A stretch of 64,000 nt of DNA, taken from contig NC_059425.1 of the NCBI RefSeq assembly GCF_021028975.2, positions 44,144,001-44,208,000 on the forward strand. The letters run 5' to 3'. The DNA comes from Sphaerodactylus townsendi. Taxonomy: Eukaryota. A model generated the notes under the pieces. It saw only the letters and a program-made list of their open reading frames with translations. It did not search any database and was not told where the DNA came from. Numbering within the stretch: position 1 is the stretch's first letter; each line of letters starts with the position of its first letter. Both the position numbers and the translations under genes were made by a program. Shown piece by piece: positions 12,021 to 25,258 of the stretch.

Positions 12021-13299
12021 CTAGAAGCAAAACAGCAAATCAGAAATCTCATTCCTTCTCTACACATTCCATCTACAGATTTCAATGACCCAGATCACTA
12101 CAAAGGAGACAAAACTAATGCATTTATGTACAAAGTTCCCTCTAAATAGAATTCTTTTGCTTCAGCACTAGGAACACAAGGGCAAGGGGCTGTTCTTCCT
12201 TGGACCACTACCCACTGTGGAACATGACTGCTCATGAGGCTGATGAATTTTCACCACAATTCCTTCTTACACGCAGTTTTCCCAGAGTGTTTACAGAAGG
12301 CCTTGTTTATTTGTTTAGGAACAGCTTTTAAATATTACAACTCTGAAGAGTTCTTTCATAGTTATGCTATTTATATGCACTCTATGGACTAGTGTTTCAA
12401 GCACAGGTCCATTTTAACAATGAAAACAGGGCTAGCCATGAAAAAGGCAGCCCTGTGTCAAATTCAAGCTCTCTCTGTAACATGCAAGATCAGGTCTCTA
12501 GATCATTACAATATGCGTTCACTCACTGTTTGCTGCTAGCAGTGTAGAGTGAGGGCAGAAAAATGCTGTTTGAAACAGCATCGAGATGGCAAGCTATGGG
12601 TAAGATATTAACTAGCTTCAGAACTCTTTATAATGTATACTCAGTTTCTATGAGCTCAGGATAACATGCCAGCTCTTCTAGGCCAGATCTTCCACAGTCA
12701 AAGCACTTGTTAGGATGAATGGATGAATTATATATGTTATTATAGCTTTCCAAGGTCTCAAGCAGTGGTCTTTCCCAGACCTTCAACCTGATATTCTCAA
12801 AACAAAAAAAATACCAGAGACTGAAGTTAGAACATAATGCTTTTAAAGCATGAGTTCTACTACTGAGCCAGATCCTCTCTCAACATGGAGAATATGCATC
12901 TAATCTCCTCTCTGGAAGCAGCCTTGATATCTGAATTACATTATAAAACAAAACACCGCAGCAGGATACAGCTACTATAGAAGCACGAGCCAATATTCCC
13001 CAGAATGAGTGTTCTCGAACACAGATAACTGAAGAGTATGGCTATTACAGACCTCCTGAAAACGTGGAAGATCATCAGCAAAAATGTATGGTACAATTAA
13101 CATTATTGGACATTTTAGAGCATGTTTATTTTCACTCTTCAGTACTTCCAAATAGTACTGCATTAACTGGTTAGTCCCAGCAACTTCTCACTTCCTTTTT
13201 AATCTAAGATTATCCTTCAAAGTTTTATATCCCATTTAATTACAGTAAGTAAGCAGCTTATAAACCAAGGATATGGCTCAGTATACTTAAACTGGATCC

Positions 13300-13562
13300 T
13301 TTTTTTTGGTCATCAAGTTGCAGCTGTCTTCGGCAACCCCATAGGGTTTCAAGGCAAGAGGTGCTGAGAGATAATTTGCCATTGCCTGTCTCTGCCTCGT
13401 GAGCCTGATCTTTGTCGGAGGGCTCCCCTCCAAATACTAGCCAGGGTCAGGGCTGAGAGTGTGTGAGTGGCTCAAGGTCACCCAAAAAGCCTCCATGGCA
13501 TGAGTGGGTATTTGAATTCGGGTTTCCCAGGTCCTAGTTCGGCATCTTACCCTCTATACCTC
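13300..13562 (-). mobile_element. Squamate SINE (tRNA-derived head)
   Basis: Reverse-strand A/B-box-like head at the right end (…tttgaattcgggtttcccaggtcctag…) and a ctcaaggtcaccca core. Confidence 0.55.
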
Positions 13563-14289
13563 GCTGGCTCTCTCTCCTGTACTTATACCAAGCACCACAT
13601 TGCATAGTAGTACTGTGACAGCAGTCAGAGGACTGGAAAACCAAACTGCAATGTGTAAAGGAAAAAATGGGCTATTTATTGGAAATTCCTTTCCTAATTC
13701 TTCCAGCATTAAATTCCAATTTTCAAGCAACATTATCAGAGAATTTTCCAATCACTATGTGGCCTGTATCCAGACAGACTTGAGGGTATGACAAGGTGGG
13801 AGGGAAGCAGGAAAAACACCGAGCCATCACATTTAACCAGGTTAGAGCCCGTGCAGCGGCCTATAAAATCTAAGAGGTAAAATGTCAGATTTGGAGTTTA
13901 GGAATAAGTTGGCCAATTCTACCCTTTCTTTTTATTTTCCAGATTTTCAACTGATTAGATTCAGATTAACATTTTCTTCAGCCGTAGCTCCTTCTCTTTC
14001 GCCTGTCTCTACTACTCTTATCTTTCTTTGGAAGCATCCTGACATACTTTCACCTTACAAATTTAATTAATTTATCTCAGAAAGGTGTTTTCTTTGGTGC
14101 ATTTATGGATCTTCTGTGACGGATGTGGACAAGACCCTGGGTCTGTGAACGCTACTACATGTACCCTGGATTGTTGTCCATCCTGGCTGCTAAAATCATG
14201 TAATGACCATATCAACAAACCATTAGTTATTAGAATCCAGTCACTAAGTCATGACACCTTTCCTCAGTCACTCAAAGAGGGGGCTATCC

Positions 14290-14600
14290 ATTACTTTTTA
14301 AAAATCCCTACAGAAAAAGTATGTGATTAATACTGCCTAGTCTCTATCCTAACCTTTCTGGGAAAAGTCACTGAGAAAATTATTGAACCAACTACAAATC
14401 TTCCTGGATAACTCATCTGCCCTAGACCCTTTCAGACTGGTTTCAGGCCAGGCTATGGGACAAGGAGGGTTATTCTAGCTTCAGTTGATGACCTCCATCT
14501 AACTGTAAAACAAGGCCATGCCTCTCTGTTGCTGTTATTGGATTTATTTGCAGCTTTTGTTACAATAGAACGTGCCATGTTGCTGAAACACTTGCTAAGA
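14290..14600 (+). mobile_element. L2 LINE reverse-transcriptase fragment (decayed)
   Basis: Degenerate YRPVSxLxFLGKV, DPFQxGFRPGYGT and LLLLDLxAAFxTI motifs. Confidence 0.7.
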
Positions 14601-15149
14601 TGCGGGACAACATTTTAACATATGATCAGCTTCTGTTTGTTCTGGTGAAAAGATGGAGGATAATTAATAAATAAGAATTTAACTGTGGGTGGTCTTGAAG
14701 GACACTTCCCTCCACCTCAAATGAGTCACGTGATAGTGCTCCTGCAAGTCACTTCAATGCACAAAAAACAGTATTTCGTGCAATCATTTTTCAAAGAAAT
14801 TCACATGTATTGTCACAGTAATCCTAGTCTCTAATCTACCTTACTACTTGCAACATGCCTGCAAGTCAAAAAAATGTAATGGTGAGCATCAGACTAGGAT
14901 CTGGGAGACCCAGGATCAAATCTTGAGTTTGCAAAGAAGCTCACTGGGTGACTTTGGAACAGTTCCACTCTTTCAGCCTAACCAGGAAGGAAGAACTATC
15001 TCTGTCTCTCTGAGCATTCTGGATAAAGGAGGGGGAATGGCATCACTTTTGGCAAATACATTACTCTTCCCTCACAGCTCATGGGGAATTGATTGGGGTA
15101 TATGTGTGTGAGGGGAGACAACCTATTGAATTCGTAGCATGGTACAATT

Positions 15150-15430
15150 TGATGTAGTGCAGAGTGGTAAATTGCAGTACTGCAGTCAAAGCTCGGTCAC
15201 AATCTGGGCTTGATCCTGACAGAATTCAGTTTCAAGTGAGCCTTTCATGTTCCCAAGGTAGGTAAAATGAGTACTCGGCTTCCTGAGGGTAAAATATAGA
15301 CAACTGGGAAAGGCAATGGAAAACCACCCCAGAAAGTCGCCTGCCTAGTAAATGTTGTGATCATGTGACCACACCCCAGGGGTCAGTAATGACCCAGTGC
15401 TTGAACAAGGGACTACCTTTACCTTTATAC
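15150..15430 (+). mobile_element. Sauria SINE
   Basis: tRNA-like head gcagagtggtaaa.tgcagtactgcag, body ggtaaaatgagtac, and a ggactacctttacctttat (ACCTTT)n tail. Confidence 0.8.
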
Positions 15431-16339
15431 AATTTCACATGGAGTTTTTGGACTGCAACTCAATCTTCCAGCAATTACGAGACACCAGCTCTTGATATAA
15501 CAGGCACTATGACTAGCTATGGGAAGCTCTTCTTGGTTCAATTCAATATTCATGATTTGTGAGTATTTGGAAAAAGACATTCACTGCTGTCTCTTCCAGC
15601 TTGTAACACTGGCACACACACCCAGGGAACTGAAGCTTGCATCACCTGCTGAGGCTGAGAGCCATTCAGGAGTTCTGACACATGACCCAAAGAACCACTC
15701 CTCCGATATATAAAACTGATCACAAGAGCAAATGTGACTGCAAAATCTGTCACATAAATGACATCAACCTAAGTTTCACTTAGACAAAGTGGTTAATGTT
15801 ATAGAACTTTGTGCACACACCAACAAAGTGGCTTTGTCAGCATGAACACTGACTGCAGACATGCAAAAATCTTGTTCTGTTTTAAACAGTTATGCCCTGA
15901 TTCTGAAAAGGTGTTTGAAGGTAGCTTAAAAGCAATAAAAATTATAATAATCTCCAGATACAGCCAATAAATAAAACTGAAAAAGGAAACAAAACAGAAA
16001 TAATGGAACAAACAAAACCCTAGACTTCAAGCACTCTCCAGAACCAAAATGCCTTGTCTTGTTGTCTGAAAGCCATTTAAAATATAGCCTTACAAAATCA
16101 TCTGAGGACAGAGTTCATTCATTCATGTGCCATTGCTAAAATGTCCTGTGGTGCATAGCCAACCTACTGCAGCTCAGATGGCACAAAAACCCTTCTGAGG
16201 CACAGGAAACATTTTGGGGAAGTGACAGTTCACTCATAATGCAACTTAGTATCACAAACTGGATAAGTCAGTATTCATAATTATCTCATTTGAAATTTCA
16301 GCAGAAACATCTCTAATTACTAAGAAGTAACTTGTGGAT

Positions 16340-16703
16340 CCAGTGTGGCATAGTGGTTTAGAGAAGGTAGATTCTTAATCTGGAGAACCAGGTTTGATTC
16401 CCCACTCCTCCTCATGAGCAGTGGAGTCTCATGAACCAGATTTATTTTTCCTCTTCTACATTCCTGCTGAGTGACCTTAGGCTCATCATAGTTCTTCGGA
16501 ACATTCTCAGCCCCACTTGTCTCACAATGTGTCTGCTGTGGGGACAGGAAGGGAAGGAGATTGTATTGTTGAAGGCTTTCACGGTCGGATTCAACTGGTT
16601 GTGGTAGGTTTTCCAGGCTGTGTGGCCGTGGTCTGGTAGATCTACCACAACCACCATAACCAGGAGAGGAGAAAGAGGGGGTACATATCCAAACTCTTCT
16701 TCT
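16340..16703 (+). mobile_element. Squam3-like SINE with a short Penelope-like insert near its tail
   Basis: cagtgtggcatagtggtt head, ggtttgattcccc B-box, atccaaactcttcttctt tail. The insert at ~16593-16660 resembles the 11413 element arm. Confidence 0.75.
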
Positions 16704-17605
16704 TGTGAACTCTGACCTGCTTATGTATTTGGCCACAATGGGACACCTTCCTTCCATCTCCCTGAGCAGAAATTGTTGCGCTCATCCCAGACAAGTGTGT
16801 CCCAACCATGTGACCCTTTGTTTTGCCTTAGACAGAGACTCTCTTTCCATATGTCTTGGATTGGAAACCTCTACCTTTGGTCACACAGGGAGTAAATGCT
16901 CTCCTCTCTTTGGAAACTGAAACCAAACAGTGTGTTTTTTCAATAGAAGAGGACCAATTCCAGTTTTTCTATGCTTTTTTGGTGAAGGAAGTGATTCAGC
17001 CCAGGAGGTATTCATTTATTTAAAACATTTCCATGCTGCTTTTCCACCCAAATCACAGTTCTCAAATCAGGATTACCTATAACCTGAGGGCATAACACAC
17101 TCAGAAGCAGCTACTGTTGTGGCAAGAAGATACTTGACTTAGAACCTCTGATGTTTTGTGGTTGGCTCTGTCCTCATAACTGTTTTCAAGTGCCACTTAT
17201 AACCCTTTCTCAAAATTCCAAAAGTGCCTGCAGTGTGAACAAAGTTGGGAAACTCTATACTACAGAAATCTAGGCCATTCCATCTTAGCATGGGAAGCAG
17301 TCCTGACTTACTAAGTCTTTGCCACTTCAAGGCAGAATCTACAAATAAAATTACGGTAAAGTTTTCAATTTTGTTTCAATTTGATTTTCATACACTACTG
17401 AGCTTAGCCCAGAGAATAGTATCTTTCAAACGCTCACAGTATTCCCAGCCACAAATAATAAATGTATACAAGGAAAAGCAACATTTGCAGGAACACTCAT
17501 TTAGACGCTCAAGGTTTTCCTAGTGGTTATATCAAAAGCATGTCCTTCACATGCATGATGGTGAAAAGATTCCAGCGAATGATGGGATAGACAAGTGTTC
17601 CTTAC

Positions 17606-17711
17606 CAGGCTCCAATAGTTACACCCTCTTCTGGCTGTAGGTAGTAGTTAAAGGTGTGGTTTAAACCTTGATCCTGGGGTCTTTTCAAGTCAATGAAGTA
17701 GGGTGCCCTCA
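17606..17711 (-). CDS. ABHD12: ABHD12 exon 3
   Basis: tttcag| (V)[34 protein letters not shown](W) |gtaag. 106 nt. Confidence 0.97.
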
Positions 17712-18629
17712 CTGAAATAAAGGAATCAGAAGAAACTCGTTTTTATAGTCTGTTCACCAGCTGATTGCTCTAACCGCTATTATTCAAACATACAAAACAC
17801 AACAATGGCTACCACAATAAAGCAATCACTCAGGCAAAACAAGGAGGGAAATGGCTATGAAGTACTAGACAACTAAGCGATAAGGTGGAGGGCAGGAAGA
17901 TTTGTTAATGTGTGTGACAAATGAAAAGAAAAAAAGAAAAAGCAATTTGATCTAGTAAGTAGCTGTTTTCCTTAGTACGTGGTTATCCTCAAGGTATATG
18001 CTGCATATTCGGAAAAGCTTGATAAACCATTGTAATTCATTGTTCAGATTAAAAGTGCTCTAATTCCCTCCAATGGTACTCTGAAAGGACACAAAGAAAC
18101 CCAAGAACACAATGTGCAATTATACAGAAGATCCTAAAACAAACAAAAACCTAGAACCATCTATAAAACAACTCTGCATTCAACCTGAAACTTCATGAAA
18201 GAGTCCATGCACATCATCTTGTTCAGCTACACAGCTTCCAGATGCAAACCCTTAAAAAGTAATAGCCGCTTTCCCGTCCCCCACCCCCACTCACCTCGTC
18301 CTCCAGCGTCTGTCTGGAGGGCTGCTGAGGGTTGCTGGAGGTCGGAGGGCAGCATGGATGGGTCCCTGCAGCCCTCCAGACCAACGCTGGCGGACGAGGT
18401 GAGTGAGGGGGACACAGAAGAGGCGGCTCCGTGCAGAGCCACCTCTTCTGTGCCAGCCTCTGTAGAGGCGGCTCTTACGCTCCGGTGCGAACAGCTCCCT
18501 CCCCTCCACCGGAATAATTTCTGCGTTTGGAGAGGCGCCCTTTCCGCTGTGCAGAAAGGGCCATTCATTCCAGATCACAAGCAGCTCTTTAAAAAAAATT
18601 GCTTGTGAAATTCTTTTAAAAATAGTGTA

Positions 18630-19380
18630 ACTATTGCTCACCAAGTGTTTTCTGCGCAGCCATGCATGGGAACTACGAAGGCATCGGCCAGCCATGGGGT
18701 TGGACTACTAAGCCTCTAGAAGGTTTTTAGCCCCTGAGGAGTGCTCTCCCATCCTCCAGTCTCAAGCCAAGACTTTCCCACCCAAACAGTCATGTGAAGG
18801 TGGTGAGGAACACACCATTCCCTCAGTTCTCCCTTTCCTGTTGTAGAGCTTACATCCCAGGCCAATTATGCCCACAGCAGGGAAAGGAGGGAGGGATGTG
18901 TGCCTGTATAGAAGAGACTCGATGAACAACAGTTACAGGTAAGAGTAATGTTGTTTTCATTGCTGGGTCATCAGCGCAGACCCACATGGGAGATTAGCAA
19001 GCTCACTTATGAGCTAATCAGTGAAACAGATTGTAGCACTGATTTTCCCAAGGCTGCAGCACTTATGGAGTTTGCATCTAGTGTTTCAAGACTGTCAGTG
19101 AAGTCAATGAAGTAGCTGTCCTGAAGGTCAATACTGCTCAGGAATACCGCTGACAATGCCTGAGCCCTGGTAGAATGTGCTCTAACCTGGAGTAGGCAAG
19201 ATCTCCTCACTGATTTATAAGACAGTTTGACAGCAGAGACAGGCCATTTGGGAATGGTTTGAGAAGTTGCTGTCTTGCCCTTGTTTGAACAAAGGAAGCA
19301 TTCTTGTCTTGTATGAAGGTGGATGTGCAATGCAAGTTAAAAAGCAGTGCCTTCCAAACACTGAGTGTGTGTTATGCTTG
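18630..19380 (-). mobile_element. DIRS-like retrotransposon: terminus plus tyrosine-recombinase remnant
   Basis: ORF 19007-19330 contains RAHSTRA (tyrosine-recombinase HSTR motif). The gcgcag...catggga motif recurs at ~18653 and ~18975, as expected for a terminal repeat and internal complementary region. acaggtaag motif present. Confidence 0.75.
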
Positions 19381-20205
19381 CTCTGCAAGAGTCGGCAAAC
19401 GGCAACTCCCATCTGCCCTACCCTGGCCCAGCCACAGGACCTCTGCCTTAGATGGATTTAGCTTCAACTGGCTTTGTTTCAATCACTTCACCACAGTCTC
19501 AAAGCGACTGGCCAAAACCCCTAAGGCAGTTTCTGGATGACTGTCCATCAACAGATATAGCTGCGTGTCATCAGCATATTAGTGACACCCAAGACCAAAA
19601 CATATAGATGCTAAACAACATCAGAGAGAGAATCACTCCTTGCAGGATCCCCACACCACCAAGTGAGATGTGGAGATGCTCCATTGACCCACCTTGATCC
19701 AGGTGTCTCTGGAGATCATCAATGAGAGTCATCTATTCCATGACCAGCGCAGAATCGGGATTGAAATGGGTCCAATACAGAGATTGTGAGAGTTATAAGG
19801 TTATGCTGCGATCCACAAAAAACAACCTACTCATGGTTCCTGGCCCAAATGGCATTCAGCTGGCCTCAATCAGGGCTAGGATGTTTTTAGCCCTGCCCCC
19901 CAACTGGTAGAACATTCTATCTAGTGAGCCCAGGACCCTTTGGGATCTGATGCAATTCCGCAAGGCGTGTAAGACAGAGCTGGTCCACCAGGAACACGGT
20001 TGAGGCAGCTATGGCTTTTTTACATTCGAAAGGCCTCCCACTCCTCCTTTTTGTGGTTTCAATTGAGATGTTGTTCTAAGAAGTTTGCAGAATTTTAGTA
20101 TTTAAGATTAGGCTGTCTAGATGCCATCTATGTTTTAAATTGTTTTTACGTATGATTTTATTGTTTCACGTTGGAAGCCATCCTGAGCCACCCAGATTTA
20201 TATAA
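19381..20205. mobile_element. L2 LINE: 5' part on the minus strand, 3' end on the plus strand
   Basis: Minus strand 19381-19715 reads QGVILSLMLF...YADDTQLYL...LKLNPSKAEVLW. Plus strand ~19800-20200 reads LRSTKNNLLMVPGP...W*N.L, followed by a T-rich 3'UTR. Confidence 0.75.
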
Positions 20206-21189
20206 ACTGAATCTTATTACATAAAAGGCTAGCTATGGTGGTGACAACTCACTTCCAGCCAATCACCATGCACACATGACTTGGGAGTAGGGCTTACAAA
20301 GAATGGGTAAAATACTAAACAAAAAATAGAAGGATGTAGAGGTAATTTACTCTCTCATGTGCTCACCCTTCTACCCCACTGCTGACCAGTTATGTCTGGG
20401 GTTTGGGGATCCACCCTCCCCAGATGCCTCCCTGGCACCACCCCTGCCCCCCTGCAACTGAACTGGGGCCAAGAGGCAAGCCAGGGATGCCTGGTATGCC
20501 AGGGAGAAGAGCCGGCTCACCAGGGAGAGGCAAGGCCATACAGCTCGGTCTGGGGGTGGAGCCGGGACCGATGCACAGCCAATGACCAGCCAGACAAGCA
20601 GGAGCTGGCACTGCAGAGTCCGGCAAGCTCCAGAGAACCGGCGGGGCCACCCCAAAGCCTAGCTTGCCTGAGGCCCCCAGATGGGGCTGGCAGCCGCTGG
20701 CATTGCCCCAGGCAATACCGGCAGTTCCCAGTGAGGTTGCTAGAGGCCCGACAAGACCCCGATCGCCTGGACGGGCAAAAGGCGGGGTCCAGGTGCCACC
20801 AGCCAACCCTGAGGCAAACGAGTCCGGATGACTTGGAGAGGGTGGGGTATGACACAGGGAAGAGGCCTGCAGTTGGCCGGTTGGGGGAAGGAAGGAGATG
20901 TAAGAAAGGGGAGGGAGAAAGAGAGAAGAGGGGGAGTTGGTGATGCAGGAGGTGGAGAAGGTGGAGACTGGAGAGAAACGGAGTTCAGAAACAGCTGAAG
21001 GAGGAGAGGGGAGTGAGGGATATGAGCAGAGGGGCAGAGGCTGCAGAAGAACTGCAAGGAGGGGGTTACACTAGAGACAGTCAGGTCGCCTAGCCAAGCT
21101 GTGGGCACGTAGACACCTCAGCACAGAAGGCCAGCAGCCCAGGCCTGAGAACAGGTTGATCAACACCCAGGTAAGGGAAGGTGGGGCTG

Positions 21190-24073
21190 GGGAAGTGGAG
21201 CACCACAGTTTAAACCCAATAATGGCCAAGAAATTCAGTGAAACCATGCAAAATGATGAAATGAATGAATGGCTAACAACTGGGAAGACATACTTGATTC
21301 AGAAATATCCGGCCAAAGGGACAACACCTGAAAACTGCAGGCCAATAACATGTTTACCTGTGATGTTCAAAGTGCTCACTGGCATAATAGCAGACAATAT
21401 CATGGACTACTTGGAAGCTAATAACATTCTGCCAGAGGAGCAAAAAGGGAACAAGAGGAGGAGTAGGGATATGAAAGATCAATTCCTGATAAACAAAATG
21501 ATAATAGAGAACTGCAAGAATCGATGAACAAATTTGCATATGGTCTGGATTGATTACAAGAAAGCATTCGATTCACTATCTCATGTTTGGATCATGAAAT
21601 GCTTGGAAATAATTGGTGTCAGCAAAAACATATGAATATTCACTGAAAAAGCCATGAGACAGTGGAGAACTGAATTGACAGTCGGAAATGAAAACTATGG
21701 AACAGTCAACATGAAGCAAGGAATTTTCCAAGGTGATTCACTATCACTCTTATTGTTTAACAGCGCCATTCATTGTTTATCAGCACCATAACAGTGCTTT
21801 CAAAGAAAACAAAGTTGGGATATCAAATTGCCAAAGATTTAGAAAAAAACCTCACATTTGCTGTACATGGATGATTTGAAGCTATCTGGGAAATCAGACA
21901 CAGAAATCCAATAACTAGTGAACACAGTTCGAATATTCAGCACAGATATTTCGATTGAGTTTGGCCTGGAAAAGTGTGCCACTGTGGCAATAAAGAGGGG
22001 CAAGATCACTGAGAGTGACAGAATAGAAATGTCTGATGACCAAATCATCAAGTGCAACCAAAAGGAAGTCTATAAATACCTGGGCATTTTGCATTTGGAT
22101 AACATCAAGCAAGGGTGAATGAAGACTGTGGTCAGCAGAGAATACATCCAGAGGGTCAGAAAATTTTGAAATCCAATACCATCAAGGCCATCAACCCCTG
22201 GGCCATATTCATCATCAGGTACAATGTCGGAATCATCAACTGGACATAAGTTGATTTGGATGCATTGGGTAGAAAAACTCAGAAGCTCACAACGCACTAT
22301 CCATGTAGCGATACTGATATACTATACCTTCCTTGGAGATCAGGTGGCAGAGGGTTACTGCAAGTAAAGCAAACAGTGGAAGAGGAGAAACATGCGATGG
22401 CCGATCATGTAAATGAAAGTCAAGAACAGGAATTGATTGAAGTGAAGAACAGACATTTACTAACCAAACAGGAGTACAGAAAAAATGTGATTAAAATGTG
22501 GACTGAAAGTTGGCACAACAAAGCATTGCATGGCCAATGTATGGAGAAAATCAAGGATAAGGTGAACAATAAAAAGACCTGGCTATGCTTAACAACTGGA
22601 ACTCTGAAAAAGGAAACTGAATCACTGATTTTAGCCACTCAACAGCAGGCCAGTAGAACAAATATGATCAAGGCCAGAACAGAAAAATCCTCAGATGATG
22701 CAAAGTGAAGACTGCAAGGAAGCTGACAAAACTGTAGATCATGTAGTCAGTGGCTGCAAAGAGACCGCTCGCACTGAGTACAGACAGAGGCACAACTTAG
22801 TGGCCAAGATCATCCACTGGAATTTATGCAGGAATTAAAACATTAGGACAGCTAAAAACTGGTAGGTACAGAGAAAGTCATGGAAAATGAGGTCAAGATC
22901 TTGTGGGACTTTCGAATCCAAACAGAAAGTGTTGGCACATAATGCATCTGACATTACTGTGACTGAGGACAAGAAAGTGACTGTCATCGACACAGCTGTA
23001 CCTGGTGATAGCAGGGTCATTGAAAAAGAACATGAAAAGGTCACTAAGTACCATGATTTGACAATTCAGATTCAGCGGCTATGGCACAAACCAGCTGAGG
23101 TCGTTCACATGGTAATTGGCACCCTGGGTGCCATTCCGAAAACACTAGGGCGGCATTTGAGACATCTTCAAATTGACAAAATCAACATCGGTCAGATTCA
23201 GAAGGCGGAAGGCCCTGCTGAGATCCGCATGATACATTACAACCTCCTAGGCCTCCAGGTGAGGCTCGCACTGTAATGAAAGACCAAAAACCAGTTAAAG
23301 AACATATCATATGTGGTAGAAATTTGATGTAATTCAGGATTTCTAGTTAAAAATTTATAGAAATATTAAGGGAATTCTAAAAATTAATTTGAAATTTCAG
23401 CCGAAATTACTTTTGTTAAATATGGTGGATTTTCCTATGAACAAATCATACAAAAATTTACTTTTATATATGTCACGGCAGCCAGACTTCTGATCACAAG
23501 AAACTGGAAGAAAAAAACTGCACCACTAATAATAGACTAGATACATCTACTCATCAACTTCTCTTCTCTAGACAAACTTTCAAATCTACTGAAAAAAAGT
23601 ACAGACAACACTGTAAATATATGGCAACCACTTAATAAGTAATTGCAAACTAATTCTGATCATGTGCCCCCAAATATGTTAAACTATCTCTATTGTTGAA
23701 AAATGGACAATGGGATTTTATAACAGCAATATATTTAGATAACAATTTGACAAAACAGCCTTAACTGGAAGGATTTTCTTGTTTATTATAATAATAATAA
23801 TTATTTCTATTTCTACTTTTTATTTTTCTTTCTCACTCTTTTTATTATAGTTTTTTCTTTCTTTTTCAACTGACATTAATATTTGTTGTGGTTTTTGGTA
23901 TTGAACAAATACATTAATATATGATATAATGATGATGTTAATGGAAAGAATGACAGACTAATGTTAACGCAACTTATGTCTGGTTTTTTGCTGCAAACTA
24001 ATAAACATTATTTTTGAAAAACCAGTTAAAGAACTGGCAGCTGTGATATTACACAAAATTAAATAATAATAAT
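21190..24073 (+). mobile_element. R4/Dong-clade non-LTR retrotransposon (RT, CCHC and restriction-like endonuclease); 5'-truncated, disabled, interrupted by an L1
   Basis: RPITCLP, EEQKG, WIDYKKAFDS, GIFQGDSLS, YMDDLKL, FGLEKCA, DHVVSGC...RHN, KILWDF, ..DITV..IDTAVPGD..EKVTKY. Many stops and frameshifts. 3' end at (TAA)n ~24062-24073. Confidence 0.88.
23304..24016 (+). mobile_element. 5'-truncated L1 LINE
   Basis: ORF2 C-terminal remnants (YHMW, AARLLITRNWK), AT-rich 3'UTR, AATAAA near 24000. 18-bp TSD aaaaaccagttaaagaac (23286-23303, 24017-24034). Confidence 0.85.
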
Positions 24074-24074
24074 T

Positions 24075-24350
24075 TGTCAGTGCAGTTCATGACAAAGTCC
24101 TCTGCAATATTGGATGAAAGAGGGGTGACAACATGTCTAAAGGCTCTCAGCTCAATTACATTTATATTCAACACAGATTCAGACTGAGACCATTTTCCCC
24201 AAACCACAGAGTTGCCACTTTATGCAGCCCAACCACTCAGTGACACATCCGTGAAACTAAAACATGAAGGAGTGTGCCCAGATCAATAACTGGTACAGAT
24301 TGGAATCACTGTTCCATCATATGAGGGATTTGATAACAACTCTTGGAATA
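24075..24350 (-). mobile_element. DIRS RNase H remnant (probable continuation of the 18630 element; more remnant at ~25260-25800)
   Basis: Minus strand near 24220-24257 reads FTDVSLSGWAA, resembling the DIRS TDASxxGWGA RNase H motif. Confidence 0.55.
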
Positions 24351-24369
24351 GACAGCCTATGCCATTGAG

Positions 24370-25258
24370 GATCTAAGTTCAGATGCATTCTAATCTGGAG
24401 GAACCGGGTTCGATTCCCCGCTCTCCCACTTGAGCTGTGGAGGCTTATCTGGGGAATTCAGATTAGCCTGTGCATTCCTTTAAAACAATTTTTTTTGTAT
24501 TGTATCATTTGAATTTTACAGTTTATAGTAATTTCCTTCTTCATACATTTTCAAACAATACTTTCCCCCCTTTTCTCCCTCCCCTCATTACTTCTTCATA
24601 GTTTTGTCACACAAACAGCAGTAAGTTCATTCTCTGTAGCCTCTTCTCCCATATTTCTTCATTGACTCGAGCTTCTTTCATCCAGTCCACGTATATTATC
24701 CATATCTTCAAAATTTCATTCTGTTTATCTTGCCACGTCTTATTTTTGGTTAATATATCGAAAATATCAAGTGTCACTTGTTACCAAATATATTCTAACC
24801 ATTTCTGAAGTGTCCATTTTTGCTTTTCTTTCCAGCCCAAGGCTATTGTTGCATGTGCTGCTTTAATCATTATTTTATACATATACCTATATTGTTTATC
24901 CACCCTTCTGTCTTCCATTACACCCATGAACATTAAGTCATTACTTAAATCAATATTTATCTTCACCAGTTTCTCGATATATAACAATACAATTGTCCAA
25001 AAATTTTTTACTTCTGCACATTCTATCCACATATGGCTATAATATGCCTCTTGGTCTCCATATAGCCTGTGCATTCCCACACACGCCAGCTGGGTGACCT
25101 TGGGCTAGTCAGAGTTCTTCTGAGCTCTCTCAGGCTCACCTACCTCACAGGGTGTCTGTTGTGGGGGGGGAAGGGCAAGGAGATTGTAAGCCCCTTTGAG
25201 TCTCCTACAGGAGAGAAAGGGGGGGATATAAATCCAAACTCTTCTTCTTCTCTTCTTC
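24370..25258 (+). mobile_element. Squam3-like SINE split by an L1 insertion
   Basis: ctaatctggaggaaccgggttcgattcccc head. Body resumes at 25063. Tail is ataaatccaaactcttcttctt. Confidence 0.85.
24479..25062 (-). mobile_element. 5'-truncated L1 LINE inside the SINE
   Basis: ORF 24781-25080 reads HMWIEC..VKNFW...AAHATIALGWK (L1 ORF2 C-terminus). 15-bp TSD tagcctgtgcattcc (24464-24478, 25063-25077). Confidence 0.85.

Noticed and set aside
20390-20806. Collagen-like PGMPGMPG / PGIPGIPG peptides
   Set aside because: The Gly-X-Y register lasts only a few triplets and there is no collagen-type exon structure.
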